This document shows positions 32,423 to 42,522 of a DNA stretch of 64,000 nucleotides, piece by piece (the stretch's first letter is position 1; each line of letters opens with the position of its first letter). A model generated the notes under the pieces. It searched no databases, had not been told where the DNA came from, and saw only the letters and a program-made list of their open reading frames with translations. The DNA is from an uncultured Gemmatimonadales bacterium. GTDB taxonomy: Bacteria; Gemmatimonadota; Gemmatimonadetes; Gemmatimonadales; GWC2-71-9. Where the stretch lies: NCBI GenBank assembly GCA_963825815.1, contig CAWGVB010000008.1, positions 10,444 through 74,443 on the forward strand. Reading direction: 5' to 3'. A program made the position numbers and the translations under genes.

Positions 32423-35400
32423 GTTTCGACTCCTCATCGTGAGCCGGCTGCAGCGCGAACTGCTGAGCCCGCCGGGTGCGCCGCTCCAGCATTCCCTGGA
32501 GCACCACGTAGAACACGGGCGTGAGCACCAGACCGAAGAAGGTCACTCCCAGCATTCCCGAGAACACCGCCACGCCCATGGCGTGCCGCATCTCGGCCCC
32601 GGCACCGCTGGAGAACACCAGGGGAAGCACACCCATGATGAAGGCGAACGAGGTCATCAGGATCGGCCGCAGCCTGATGCGGGACGCCTCCAGGGCCGAG
32701 TCGATCACGGACTTGTCCCTGCAGGTGGAGCTCGCGGGCAAACTCGACGATCAGGATCGCGTTCTTGCAGGCCAGCCCGATCAGCACCAGGAAGCCGATC
32801 TGGGTGAAGATGTTGTTGTCGCCCTTGGTGAGCCACACGCCGCCGATGGCGCAGAGCAGCGACATCGGAACGATCAGGATCACCGCCAGCGGCAGCGACC
32901 AGCTCTCGTACTGCGCCGCGAGCACCAGGAAGACCAGCAGTACGCAGAGCGGAAAGATGAATACCGCCGTGTTGCCGGCCAGCTTCTGCTGGTAGGTGAG
33001 GTCGGTCCACTCGTAGCCGATGCCGTTGGGCAGCACCTCGCGCAAGATCCCTTCGATTGCGTCCTGCGCCTGGCCGGAGCTGAATCCGGGAGCCGGGCCG
33101 CCATTGATGTCGGCAGCGGGATAGCCGTTGTAGCGGGTGCTCTGATCGGGGCCGTGCGACTGCTTGACCTGCACCACGGAGCCGAGCGGTATCATCGCAC
33201 CTGCTGCGTTGCGCACCTTGAGCTGCGCGATGTTGTCGGCGCGTGGCGCGGAACGGCGCGTCCGCCTGCACCTTCACCTGGTAGGTCCGGCCGAATTTGT
33301 TGAAGTCGTTGACGTACACCGACCCGAGATACGCTTGCATGGTCTGGAAGAGGTCGGTGAGTACGATGCCTTCGCGCTTGACCTTCTCCCGATCGACCTC
33401 GACCTCGAGCTGCGGCACGTTGACCCGGTAGCCGCTGAAGACCCCGGCCAACGCAGGAGTCTGATATGCCCGCCCGAGCAGCTGCCTGGGTGGCGTCGTT
33501 GAGCGCGGTCTCTCCCAGTCCGGCGCGGTCCTCCAGCTCCAGCTTGAAGCCACCTACCTGTTCCCAGGCCATTCACCGGCGGCGGCGGGAACACCGCCAC
33601 GAATGCGTCCTGGATTCCCGCAAACTTGCGCGTTCAGCGCCCCGGCGATGTTCAGCCCGTACTCGGCCTTCCCATGCCGCTCGTCGAACGGCTTGAGGGT
33701 GAAGAAGACGATGCCCGCGTTGGGGGCGTTGACGAAGCCGTTGATGGATAAGCCCGGGAACTGCACCGCATTCTCGACCCCCGGCTGCTTGCTCCCGATC
33801 TCCGACATCTGCCGGATGACTTTTTCGGTGCGGTCGAGCGTCGCCGCATCGGGGAGCTGGGCAAAGGCGACGAGATACTGCTTGTCCTGAGTCGGCACGA
33901 AACCCTTCGGCACCTTGGAGAAGCCGAAGACCGTGAGCGCGATCAGTCCGGCATAGACTGCGAGCACCAGTCCCTTCCGACCCAAGACCCGGCTCACCGC
34001 CGAGCCGTAGCTCGCGGAGCCTCGGCTGAATGCCCGGTTGAACGGCCGGAACAGCCAGCCGAAGGCAGCGGTCCAGCACCCGGGTGAGACGGTCGGGCGG
34101 CGCGCCGTGCGGTTTGAGAAGAATCGCGCTGAGCGCCGGCGACAAGGTGAGCGAGTTGATCGCGGAGATGACGGTGGAGAACGCGATCGTGAGCGCGAAC
34201 TGGCGGTAGAACTCGCCGGTTAAACCACTCAGGAATGCCACCGGCACGAACACGGCGCAGAGCACCAGCATGATCGCGATGATCGGCCGGCTCACCTCGT
34301 CCATCGCCTTGTGGGCGGCGTCGCGGGGCGAGAGGCCCGCCTCGATGTTCCGCTCCACGTTCTCCACCACCACGATCGCATCGTCCACCACGATGCCGAT
34401 GGCCAGCACCAGCCCGAACAGCGAGAGCGTGTTGATCGAGAAGCCGAACATCAGCAGGATGGCGAAGGTGCCGACGATCGAGACCGGCACCGCCACCAGC
34501 GGAATGACCGACGCCCGCCAGGTCTGGAGGAACAGCACCACGACCAGCACCACCAGCAGGATGGCCTCGAACAGCGTCTTCACCACCTCGCGGATGCCGT
34601 CGCGCACGTTGATCGTGGGGTCGTAGACGATCCGATACTCCACGCCCTGGGGGAAGTTCTTCCTGCAGCTCCTCCATGGTCGCGCGCACCGTGCTCGAGA
34701 GCTGCAGGGCATTGGAGCCCGGCGCCTGGAAGATGCCGATGCCGACCGCTTCCTTCCCGTTCAGCAGTGAGCGAAGCGCGTAGTCGCCCGCCGCCAGCTC
34801 CAGCCGGGCCACGTCGCGGAGCCGGGTGATCTCGCCGTTGTCGCCGGTCTTGAGGATGATGTCGCCGAACTCCTCCTCGTTGGTCGAGACGGCCCCGCGC
34901 GTTGATGCTGAGCTGGTAGTCCACCGGCATCGGCATCGGCGGGGCGCCAACCACTCCGGCCGCCACCTGGACGTTCTGCTCCCGGATCGCGTTCACCACG
35001 TCGGTCGCGCTGAGACCGCGAGCGGCGACCTTGCCCGGATCGAGCCACACCCGCATGGAATAGTCGCCGCCGCCGAAGACCTGCACCTGGCCGATTCCGG
35101 GGATCCGGGCGAGGACATCCTTCACCTGGAGCAGGCCGTAATTCCGGAGGTAGGTGACATCGTAGCGGTTGTCCGGCGAGAGCAGGTGCACCACCATGAT
35201 GAAGTTGGGCGAGCTCTTCACCGTGGTGACGCCGAGCTGGCGCACCTCCTCCGGCAGACGCGGCAGCGCCTGGCTCACCCGGTTCTGCACCTGCACCTGC
35301 GCCAGATCGACATCGGTGCCGACCCGGAACGTCACCGTGAGGGTGAGCACGCCGTCCGAGGTGGACTGGGAGGACATGTAGAGCATGTTCTCCACGCCGT

Positions 35401-35615
35401 TGATCTGCTCCTCCAGCGGTGTCGCGACGGCCTCCGAGATCACCCGGGGGTTGGCGCCGGGATAGATCGCGCGCACCACCACCGACGGTGGCACCACCTC
35501 GGGGTACTCGCTGATCGGCAGGCCGAACATCGCGATCAGGCCGGCGATGAAGATCACGATCGACGACTACGGCCGCGAAGATCGGCCGGTCGATGAAGAA
35601 GCGGGAGAATCGCAT
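32415..35615 (-). pseudogene. RND (HAE1/AcrB-like) inner-membrane efflux pump, about 9 frame breaks
   Basis: MRFSRFFIDRPIFAAVV at 35615. A continuous AcrB-like sequence can be stitched through ORFs 34580..35557, 33994..34950, 33573..34712, 33554..33997, 33274..33600, 33192..33572, 32705..33553, 32434..33216 and 32415..32741. Confidence 0.9.
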
Positions 35616-35618
35616 CGG

Positions 35619-36819
35619 CTACTTCCGCTGTCCTGCGGCCGGAGCTGCCGAATCAGCCGCCGTCATTTCGCTCAGTGTGGGAGCCACCTTCATCCCGGGC
35701 CGGACCCGCATCAGGCCGTTCACCACGACCCTCTCGTTGGGCTGGAGCCCCGAGTCGACGATGCGGAGTCCGTCCACCAGCCGCCCCGGCACCACCGGCC
35801 GATAGACCAGGCGTGTCGCCCGGTCCAACCACCAGCACGAACTTCCGATCCTGGTCGGTGCCGATAGCGGCGTCGCGCACCAGCAGCGCCTTCCGCTTGT
35901 GGTCGCCCACCAGCTTGACCCGGGCGAACAAGCCCGGGAGTCAGCGCCCGTGAGCTTGTTGGAGAAGACCGCGCGGGTCCGGATGGTCCCGGTGTTGGGA
36001 TCGATCTGATTGTCCACGAAGTCGAGCCGCCCCTCGTGGGGATAGCCGTCCTCGTTGGCCAGGCCGAGGTAGACCGGCAGCTTGGCCGTCGCGCCAGTTG
36101 GCGCCGCTGTTCTCGGGCCCGGCCGGCGTAGCGGAGATAGGTCTGCTCGTCGCTGTCGAAGTAGACGATACATCGGAGTCGAGCGACACGACGGTGGTGA
36201 GCAGCGTCGGCCGGCGGTCCGGCCTGCACCAGGTTGCCCGGCGGTGACCAGCGCGTTGCTGACCCGGCCGCTAATGGGTGAGCGAACCCGGGTCCACTCC
36301 AGGTTGAGCCGCGCAGTCTCCACCGCGGCTTCCGCCGCCCTTACGCTGGCCCCACCCTGCGCCTCGGCGCTGGTCCGGCTGTCGTATTCCTCGCGCGAGA
36401 TGGCTTGAGCCTTCACCAGCGGGTCGGCCCGCCTGACGTCACTCGCCGCCAGCGCGGCGGCCGACCTGGCGCGCTCCAGCTCGGCCTGCGGCCCGGGCCA
36501 GGTCGGCCTGGTAGGGCCGAGGATCGATCTCGAAGAGCACCTCGCCTTTCCGAACTTCCCGGCCCTCGGTGAAGGTCACCCGCTGGATATAGCCGGAGAC
36601 CCGGGGCCGGATCTCGACCTGATCCACCGCCTGGAGCCGGCCGGTAAACTCATCCCATTCGGAGATTTCCCGCTCCGGCACCGGAGCGACCGTCACCGGC
36701 TGAAGCGGAGGGGCGGCGGGAGCTTTGTCCTCTGCCCGGCTGTTGAGGGTCAGCGCCGCCAGGGAGATCACGACCACTCCAAGGCCGCTGCTAAAAACGA
36801 TTCGCCGAGTCCGCATCAT
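35619..36819 (-). pseudogene. RND efflux periplasmic adaptor (MFP), at least 6 frame breaks
   Basis: ORF 36439..36819 (signal, ..IRPRVSGYIQRVTFTEGREVRKGEVLFEIDPRPYQADL) is followed by pieces in 35619..36416, 35720..36229, 35941..36189 and 35653..35931. GGAGG lies 7 nt upstream of the ATG. Confidence 0.8.
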
Positions 36820-36939
36820 TGGCCTTGCCTCCAGAAAGAAATTCGCGTCTTTGCTTCGCCTATCTTCTCGTCGTTCGGGACCACCCTGATTCGACCAACC
36901 TGGCTGGCCCTGCGCCTGCTGTTACACGACTGGTACGAT

Positions 36940-36959
36940 AGTTCGATAATCATCGAACT
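36940..36959. promoter_or_regulatory. 20-bp palindromic operator candidate AGTTCGATAATCATCGAACT upstream of the efflux operon
   Basis: Perfect 8-4-8 inverted repeat, 120 nt upstream of the adaptor start and 41 nt downstream of the arsR stop. It matches the site at 37328..37347 (reverse complement) at 18 of 20 positions. Confidence 0.4.
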
Positions 36960-37000
36960 CAATGCCACAAAAAATCTTCCGCGCCTTGTCCACATGGATT

Positions 37001-37327
37001 TCAGGCGACGGAAGTTTTCAGTTTTCCACCGGCCCGCCGCAGCAACTCGGCGGTATACGCCTCCAGCACGTCTCGGCGAACCTCGCAGCTCAGGAACTGT
37101 CCCTCCCGGTGAGCCTCGACCAGGCCGGCACGGACCAGCTCTTTGATGTGGTGCGAAATGGTCGCCTTGGACACGGGAAATTCCTCCCGGAGCTTGGTGC
37201 AGGCGCAGGCTCTTTCCCCGGCGATCACCTCGAGCACCTGCATCCGCCTGGGATCGGCGAGCGCTTTGGCAATCAGCCCGAACTGCTTCTCGGTCAGGGT
37301 CGACCGTCCCGCCCCGGTGTTTTTCAC
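37001..37327 (-). CDS. ArsR/SmtB-family transcriptional regulator
   Basis: Intact 108-aa ORF (GTG start) with ..LADPRRMQVLEVI.. and the wHTH ..VSKATISHHIKELVRAGLV... It has a CxC (ACACTKL) at the alpha-3 position. Confidence 0.85.
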   Translation of the reverse strand: MKNTGAGRSTLTEKQFGLIAKALADPRRMQVLEVIAGERACACTKLREEFPVSKATISHHIKELVRAGLVEAHREGQFLSCEVRRDVLEAYTAELLRRAGGKLKTSVA

Positions 37328-37347
37328 AGTTCAATGGTTATCGAACT
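37328..37347. promoter_or_regulatory. second copy of the palindromic operator candidate (AGTTCAATGGTTATCGAACT)
   Basis: It directly abuts the arsR GTG start. Its reverse complement AGTTCGATAACCATTGAACT resembles the site at 36940. Confidence 0.4.
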
Positions 37348-37708
37348 GTCTTCCTCCTGTCAAGGGTCAGGCGAAGAGACGACCCCCTATCCACTTTTGA
37401 CTATTGACAGCAGTTCTCCCAACTCCCATCGTAGCATTGCCGCGAGCATCCGAACACGAGATGGCGTCGCAACGGCGTTCCATTCCTCGCGACCTGTTGT
37501 TTCCCCCGCAAACCGTTCAGTCGCAAGACCGGCTCTTTCCATAGCGCTGGCTCTCTGGCGCACAGCACTTGTGACCTTCCCCGGTCACCAGCTCTGGCCT
37601 CGGCTTCGAGATTTTCCGAAGCCGCGCGGACGCGCGTGTCTCCTCGAGCGGCGGTCGCTGCAGCGCCTGGCCGGGCAGCCCCCTCTCACGCGAGCGACAG
37701 GAGACGTT

Positions 37709-39157
37709 ATGTCGCGGCTACACTATGCCATCGTTCTGGCCGGCATTTTTGCCTGTACCGATCAAACCGAGCCTCCTCCGGCAGCCAGCCAGCCCGAGGA
37801 TGTGGCGTTGGACGACAATGTGTCGGGTGTCGAGCTGGAGCTCGATGCCGGGAGACTAGATCGGGAGGCTCACACTGCGCTGTCTGGCGGCGCGACCACC
37901 GTTTTCCGGGAAGACGAGGAGGCCTTCGAGACCGCGGCACCGAATCTCGCGGGACTGAACTTGGCAAAACACGAGGCGGGAGACGCTGCGTTCGAGCTGG
38001 AGCATGTTGCCGGCTCGGATCCAATCACTGGAGGCCTCGGTCCGGTCTTCGACAACGTGTCCTGTGAGGGGTGCCACCTGGGTGACGGGCGTGGGCGTCC
38101 CCCGGAAGATGGCCTGAGTTTCTCATCAATGCTGTTTCGCTCCAGCATCACGGGCAAGGATGTGAACGGTGGTCCTCTGGGAATACCGGGAGGGTTTGGC
38201 GGTCAGCTGCAGACACGAGGGGTAGCGCCCGATCAGGCCGACATTCAGGCCTCGGTATACTACACGACGACCGAAGGAAGCTTCGCCGACGGCACCAAGT
38301 TCCAGTTACAAGATCCTCATTACACGCTGACCGGACTCTATCCCGGCCTTGCGGCTGACTTCCTCTTCTCGCCCCGAGTCGCTCCCGTGGTGTTTGGTCT
38401 GGGATTGCTCGAGGCCGTCCCCGCTCTCAGCATACTCGCCCGGGCGGATCCCCGGGACTTCAATCGCGATGGGATCTCAGGGCGGGCAAACGTCGTGTTC
38501 GATGCGGTCCATCGGCGGCAGGCACTCGGCCGGTTTGGCTGGAAGGCGAATACTCCGAACCTCCTGCAACAGACCGCAGGCGCTTACAATGGCGACATGG
38601 GTGTGACCTCGGATCTGTTCCCCAGCGAGTCTTGCGCCGGCCGAAGCGGGACCAGCTGCAGCACCACTCATGTCGAAGTGAGCGCGGAAATCGTTGGGGA
38701 TGTTGCGTTCTATACTCAGACGCTCGCCGTTCCGGCACGACGCAACCTCAACGATGTAACCACCCGGCGGGGCGAATATCTGTTCTACGCCTCCGGCTGC
38801 GATGGCTGCCACACTCCGACCCTCCGTACCGGGAGGCTGCAGGGCGTACCGGAGGTTTCGGGTCAAGTCATCCATCCGTACACCGACCTCCTGGTCCATG
38901 ACATGGGCCCAGGCCTCGCAGACGGCCGCCCCGACTTCCAGGCGTCTGGAAGTGAGTGGCGGACTCCGCCTCTGTGGGGGATCGGACTGGTCCAGACGGT
39001 GAACGGTCACACCCGCTTCCTGCACGACGGCCGAGCCGGCTCACTGATGGAAGCGATACTCTGGCATGGAGGAGAGGCCACCCGGGCGCGCGATCGGGTC
39101 AAGGGACTGGGCCAGCCGGACCGGGACGCCCTGATCGCGTTCTTGAAATCGCTCTAG
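37709..39157 (+). CDS. DUF1111-type di-haem cytochrome c peroxidase-like (thiol oxidoreductase family) lipoprotein
   Basis: ATG 37709 is preceded by AGGAG, with lipobox LAGIFAC. Two haem sites CEGCH and CDGCH are present, and the C-terminus reads ..RFLHDGRAGSLMEAILWHGGEA... The upstream part of ORF 36962..39157 is antisense to arsR and is not coding. Confidence 0.85.
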   Translation: MSRLHYAIVLAGIFACTDQTEPPPAASQPEDVALDDNVSGVELELDAGRLDREAHTALSGGATTVFREDEEAFETAAPNLAGLNLAKHEAGDAAFELEHVAGSDPITGGLGPVFDNVSCEGCHLGDGRGRPPEDGLSFSSMLFRSSITGKDVNGGPLGIPGGFGGQLQTRGVAPDQADIQASVYYTTTEGSFADGTKFQLQDPHYTLTGLYPGLAADFLFSPRVAPVVFGLGLLEAVPALSILARADPRDFNRDGISGRANVVFDAVHRRQALGRFGWKANTPNLLQQTAGAYNGDMGVTSDLFPSESCAGRSGTSCSTTHVEVSAEIVGDVAFYTQTLAVPARRNLNDVTTRRGEYLFYASGCDGCHTPTLRTGRLQGVPEVSGQVIHPYTDLLVHDMGPGLADGRPDFQASGSEWRTPPLWGIGLVQTVNGHTRFLHDGRAGSLMEAILWHGGEATRARDRVKGLGQPDRDALIAFLKSL

Positions 39158-39160
39158 GGG

Positions 39161-39685
39161 TTACTCGAGGCTGAGAACGACCGGCTCATCGCTTCCGGGT
39201 TGTAGCTGCGGATAGCGGGCGAGGATACGTCCACATGTATTCCAGCGGAGTATCGCTTCGTCGTTCCCCGCGGGGCGCTGGGATTCGGCCTTCTCGTACC
39301 AGCTCATCGCATCCCGGAACCACTGATATGCCATTTGCCCCGACCTTGGCATGCCGGATCGAAGCTGCGCCTTGGCGCAGCGCTCGCAGATGATGCCCGC
39401 GTAGTAGGTGCGCTTGTATTCGTCCTGGAGTCGGGGCAGCACCTCACGTGCCCGGCGCACGCCTTCCGTGGGAGCGGTCCCGAACTGGTCGGTGATCGCC
39501 AGGAGAAGCGTGACCAGCGCCTGCTGATTGTCCGGACTCACAGACAGTACGTCCAGGCAGATGCTCTCGGCCGAGCTGGGGTCGTTGATGATGCGGTAGC
39601 GCTCCGCCTTCTGTAAGGCGGTGGGGATGCCTTCCTTGGAGATCGGCTTCGGTTCGAACATGGTCTCTCTCGAGTGGAGAGTCAC
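39161..39685 (-). CDS. hypothetical protein, last gene of the sdh transcription unit
   Basis: 174-aa ORF (or MFEPKP start at 39661) that begins 3 nt after the sdhB stop. I recognise no motif. Confidence 0.45.
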   Translation of the reverse strand: MTLHSRETMFEPKPISKEGIPTALQKAERYRIINDPSSAESICLDVLSVSPDNQQALVTLLLAITDQFGTAPTEGVRRAREVLPRLQDEYKRTYYAGIICERCAKAQLRSGMPRSGQMAYQWFRDAMSWYEKAESQRPAGNDEAILRWNTCGRILARYPQLQPGSDEPVVLSLE

Positions 39686-39688
39686 GAG

Positions 39689-40543
39689 TCACGGTCGCGA
39701 CTTCCTGCTGAAGATCTTCACCAGTTTCCCTAGCGGGTCGAAGAATTCATCGACCACCCGCTCCTTGAGCGGAATGATCGCGTTATCGGTGATGGTGATG
39801 TGCTCCGGGCAGACCTTGGTGCAGCACTTGGTGATGTTGCAGTACCCGATGCCGTGGGCCCGGCGGAGCTCTTCGATCCGGTCTTCCACATCGAGGGGAT
39901 GCATTTCCAGCGCGGCCACATGGACCAGGAATCGGGGACCGATGAAATCTTGGTGAAGATGATGGTCCCGCAGCACATGGCAGACGTCCTGGCACAGAAA
40001 ACATTCGATGCACTTCCGAAACTCCTGAACCCGGTCGACGTCCGACTGATCCATGCGCCAGGTGCCATCCGGGGCGTCCGCGGCGCGTGGGGTGAAGGGC
40101 TTGATCCGCTGCTTCACCGTGAAGTTCCAGGAAACGTCGGTGACCAGGTCCTTCACCGGAGGGAAGGCGCGCATCGGCTCGACCGTCACCGGCTTCTCCA
40201 GCGGCAACTCGCTCAGCCGCGTCATGCACATGAGTCTGGGCGAGCCGTTCACCTCGGCCGAGCAGGAGCCGCATTTGCCGGCCTTACAGTTCCAGCGCAC
40301 CGCGAGATCGTTGGCCTGTTCGGCCTGGATCTGGTGAATGACGTCGAGCACCACCATTCCCGGGGAAATGGTTGTGGCGTAGTCCACCAGCTTCCCCCCC
40401 TCCCGATCGCCGCGCCAGACCCGGAACACGGCTCGACCGCTGGGCTCGCGCTTGGGCTTCGGAGGCTCTTTCTCCTGAACCTGCCCGGTTTCGGCGAGGT
40501 CGGGCTGCATCGTTTCGGTGGTAACTACACCCGGACCAGTCAT
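39689..40543 (-). CDS. sdhB: succinate dehydrogenase/fumarate reductase iron-sulfur subunit
   Basis: Intact 284-aa ORF with the Cys clusters CKAGKCGSCSAEVNG, CIECFLCQDVC and CNITKCCTKVCP. Confidence 0.9.
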   Translation of the reverse strand: MTGPGVVTTETMQPDLAETGQVQEKEPPKPKREPSGRAVFRVWRGDREGGKLVDYATTISPGMVVLDVIHQIQAEQANDLAVRWNCKAGKCGSCSAEVNGSPRLMCMTRLSELPLEKPVTVEPMRAFPPVKDLVTDVSWNFTVKQRIKPFTPRAADAPDGTWRMDQSDVDRVQEFRKCIECFLCQDVCHVLRDHHLHQDFIGPRFLVHVAALEMHPLDVEDRIEELRRAHGIGYCNITKCCTKVCPEHITITDNAIIPLKERVVDEFFDPLGKLVKIFSRKSRP

Positions 40544-40610
40544 CGTTGCTCCAGAATGAGAGATCCTTCGCTGCGCTCAGGATGACCCGCAGCGCTGAGA
40601 GCGCGGCGTG

Positions 40611-42432
40611 TCACTTCTGCTCCTGGATGATCCGCTTGAGCTCCGGAGGCATGTCGGACACCGGCTCGCGAGAGAGCCGCATCTGCGCATCCTCCCCCTT
40701 ACGAATCACGATGTTGTACGTGGCTGCCACCGGGTCTTTCTCCGGATAATCCTCCCGAAAGTGGCCACCCCGGCTCTCCTTCCGGTCGATAGCGGCCCGA
40801 GTGATTGCCTCCGACACGGTGAGAAGGTTCCCCAGGTCAAGCCCGGTGTGCCAGCCCGGATTGTACTCCCGGTTTCCGGTGACGCCTACCCGGGAGGCCC
40901 GGTCCTTCAAGCGTTCGATCCCCTGCAGGGCACGCTTCATCTCCGCCTCGGTCCGTACGATCCCGACCAGCGTCTGCATCATGGTCTGCAGCTCCTGCTG
41001 CACCTGATAGGGTCCCGTCCCGTCGGAGCCACCATCCCGCTCAAAAGGAGCCAGGGCGGAGCGAATGGCGTCATCCACATCGGCCAGATCCACGTCGCCC
41101 AGCCGGTTTTCCCGGGCGAATTGCGCTGCATGGTCGCCCGCCCGTTTGCCGAACACCAGAAGATCCGACAACGAGTTGCCGCCCAGCCGGTTGGCACCAT
41201 GAAGGCCGGCGGCGCACTCTCCGGCGGCAAAGAGCCCAGGCAGGGTGCTCGCCTGGCTGTCGCCGTCCACCCGGATTCCGCCCATGACATAGTGGGTGGT
41301 CGGACCGACTTCCATCGCCGTCGTGGTGATATCGATGTCGGCCAGCTGTTTGAACTGGTGGTACATACTGGGGAGCTTCCGGATGATGTGCTTCCGGGCA
41401 TCGGGCAGCTTGCGCTTGATCCAGGAGATGTCGAGAAAGACTCCGCCATGAGGACTGCCTCGACCCTCCCGAACCTCCCGCAGAATACATCGGGCCACGT
41501 GATCCCGGGTGAGCAGCTCAGGCGGCCTCCGGGCGGTCTTGTCACCCTGGGTGTAGCGCCACCCTTCTTCCTCGTTGTCCGCCGTCTGGCTCCGGTAGTT
41601 CTCCGGAATGTCAGCGAACATGAACCGTTTCCCCTCGCGGTTCAGCAGCACCCCACCTTCACCCCGGACACCTTCGGTGACGAGGATGCCGCGCACGCTG
41701 GGGGGCCAGATCATTCCGGTGGGATGAAACTGAACGAACTCCATATCCTGGAGCGCGGCACCGGCGTGATACGCGAGCGCATGTCCGTCTCCAGTGTACT
41801 CCCAGCTGTTGCTGGTAATCGAGTAGGCCCTTCCGATACCGCCGGTGGCAAGAACCACGGCCTTGGCGCGGTAGAGACGGAAACGTCCCCGCTCCCGATC
41901 GTACCCCACAGCGGCGGTCACCCGGGCGCCATCGGTGCAACAGCTGGAGCACCGTGCATTCCATGTGCACGTCGATACCCTGATGGATGCTGTGGTCCTG
42001 AAGCGTGCGAATCATCTCCAGACCGGTCCGATCTCCCACGTGGGCCAGTCGGGGGTACTTATGTCCTCCGAAGTTGCGCTGGAGAATGCGGCCGTCTGCC
42101 GTGCGATCGAACAGCGCGCCCCACGCCTCCAGCTCCTTGACCCGGTCGGGCGCCTCCTTCGCGTGCAGCTCGGCCATACGCCAATTGTTCACGTACTGGC
42201 CGCCCCGCATGGTGTCGGCAAAGTGAACCTTCCAGTTATCCCGGTCGTCAACATTTGCCAGTGCGGCAGCGACGCCCCCCTCCGCCATGACGGTGTGCGC
42301 CTTCCCCAGGAGTGACTTGCACACCAGTCCGACCTTGGCGCCTGCCGCCGATGCCGCGATCGCTGCGCGGAGCCCGGCTCCGCCGGCACCGATCACCAGG
42401 ACGTCGTGCTCGAAGGTCTGGTATTCGGGCAT
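40611..42432 (-). pseudogene. sdhA: succinate dehydrogenase/fumarate reductase flavoprotein subunit, one frame break near 41935
   Basis: ORF 41659..42432 (HDVLVIGAGGAGLRAA.., ..AHTVMAEGG..) continues in ORF 40611..41921 (..FVQFHPTG.., ..GANRLGGNSL..). Confidence 0.9.
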
Positions 42433-42518
42433 CAGTCGAGAGTCGCGCAGTCGCGAGTCGCGAGAATAAGATCGGTTGGAATACGGCTCTCGAGTCTCAT
42501 GACTCGTGACTCGTGACT
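42433..42518. repeat. imperfect palindrome built from tandem heptamers (GACTCGY family) filling the sdhC-sdhA spacer
   Basis: Left arm CAGTCGAG AGTCGCG CAGTCGCG AGTCGCG. The ~22-nt centre is followed by the right arm ..CTCGAGTCTCAT GACTCGT GACTCGT GACTG. Confidence 0.7.
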
Positions 42519-42522
42519 GGCA

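Noticed and set aside
36962-37708. N-terminal 250 aa of the 731-aa ORF 36962..39157
   Set aside because: This part is antisense to the intact arsR gene and crosses a spacer. The DUF1111 protein has its own AGGAG plus ATG and a lipoprotein signal at 37709.
40608-42140. 510-aa plus-strand ORF
   Set aside because: It is antisense to sdhA, a shadow ORF with no recognisable domains.
42287-42469. Small ORF ending in ..SRESRSRESRE
   Set aside because: It is an artefact of translating the heptamer repeat and is antisense to the sdhA 5' end.
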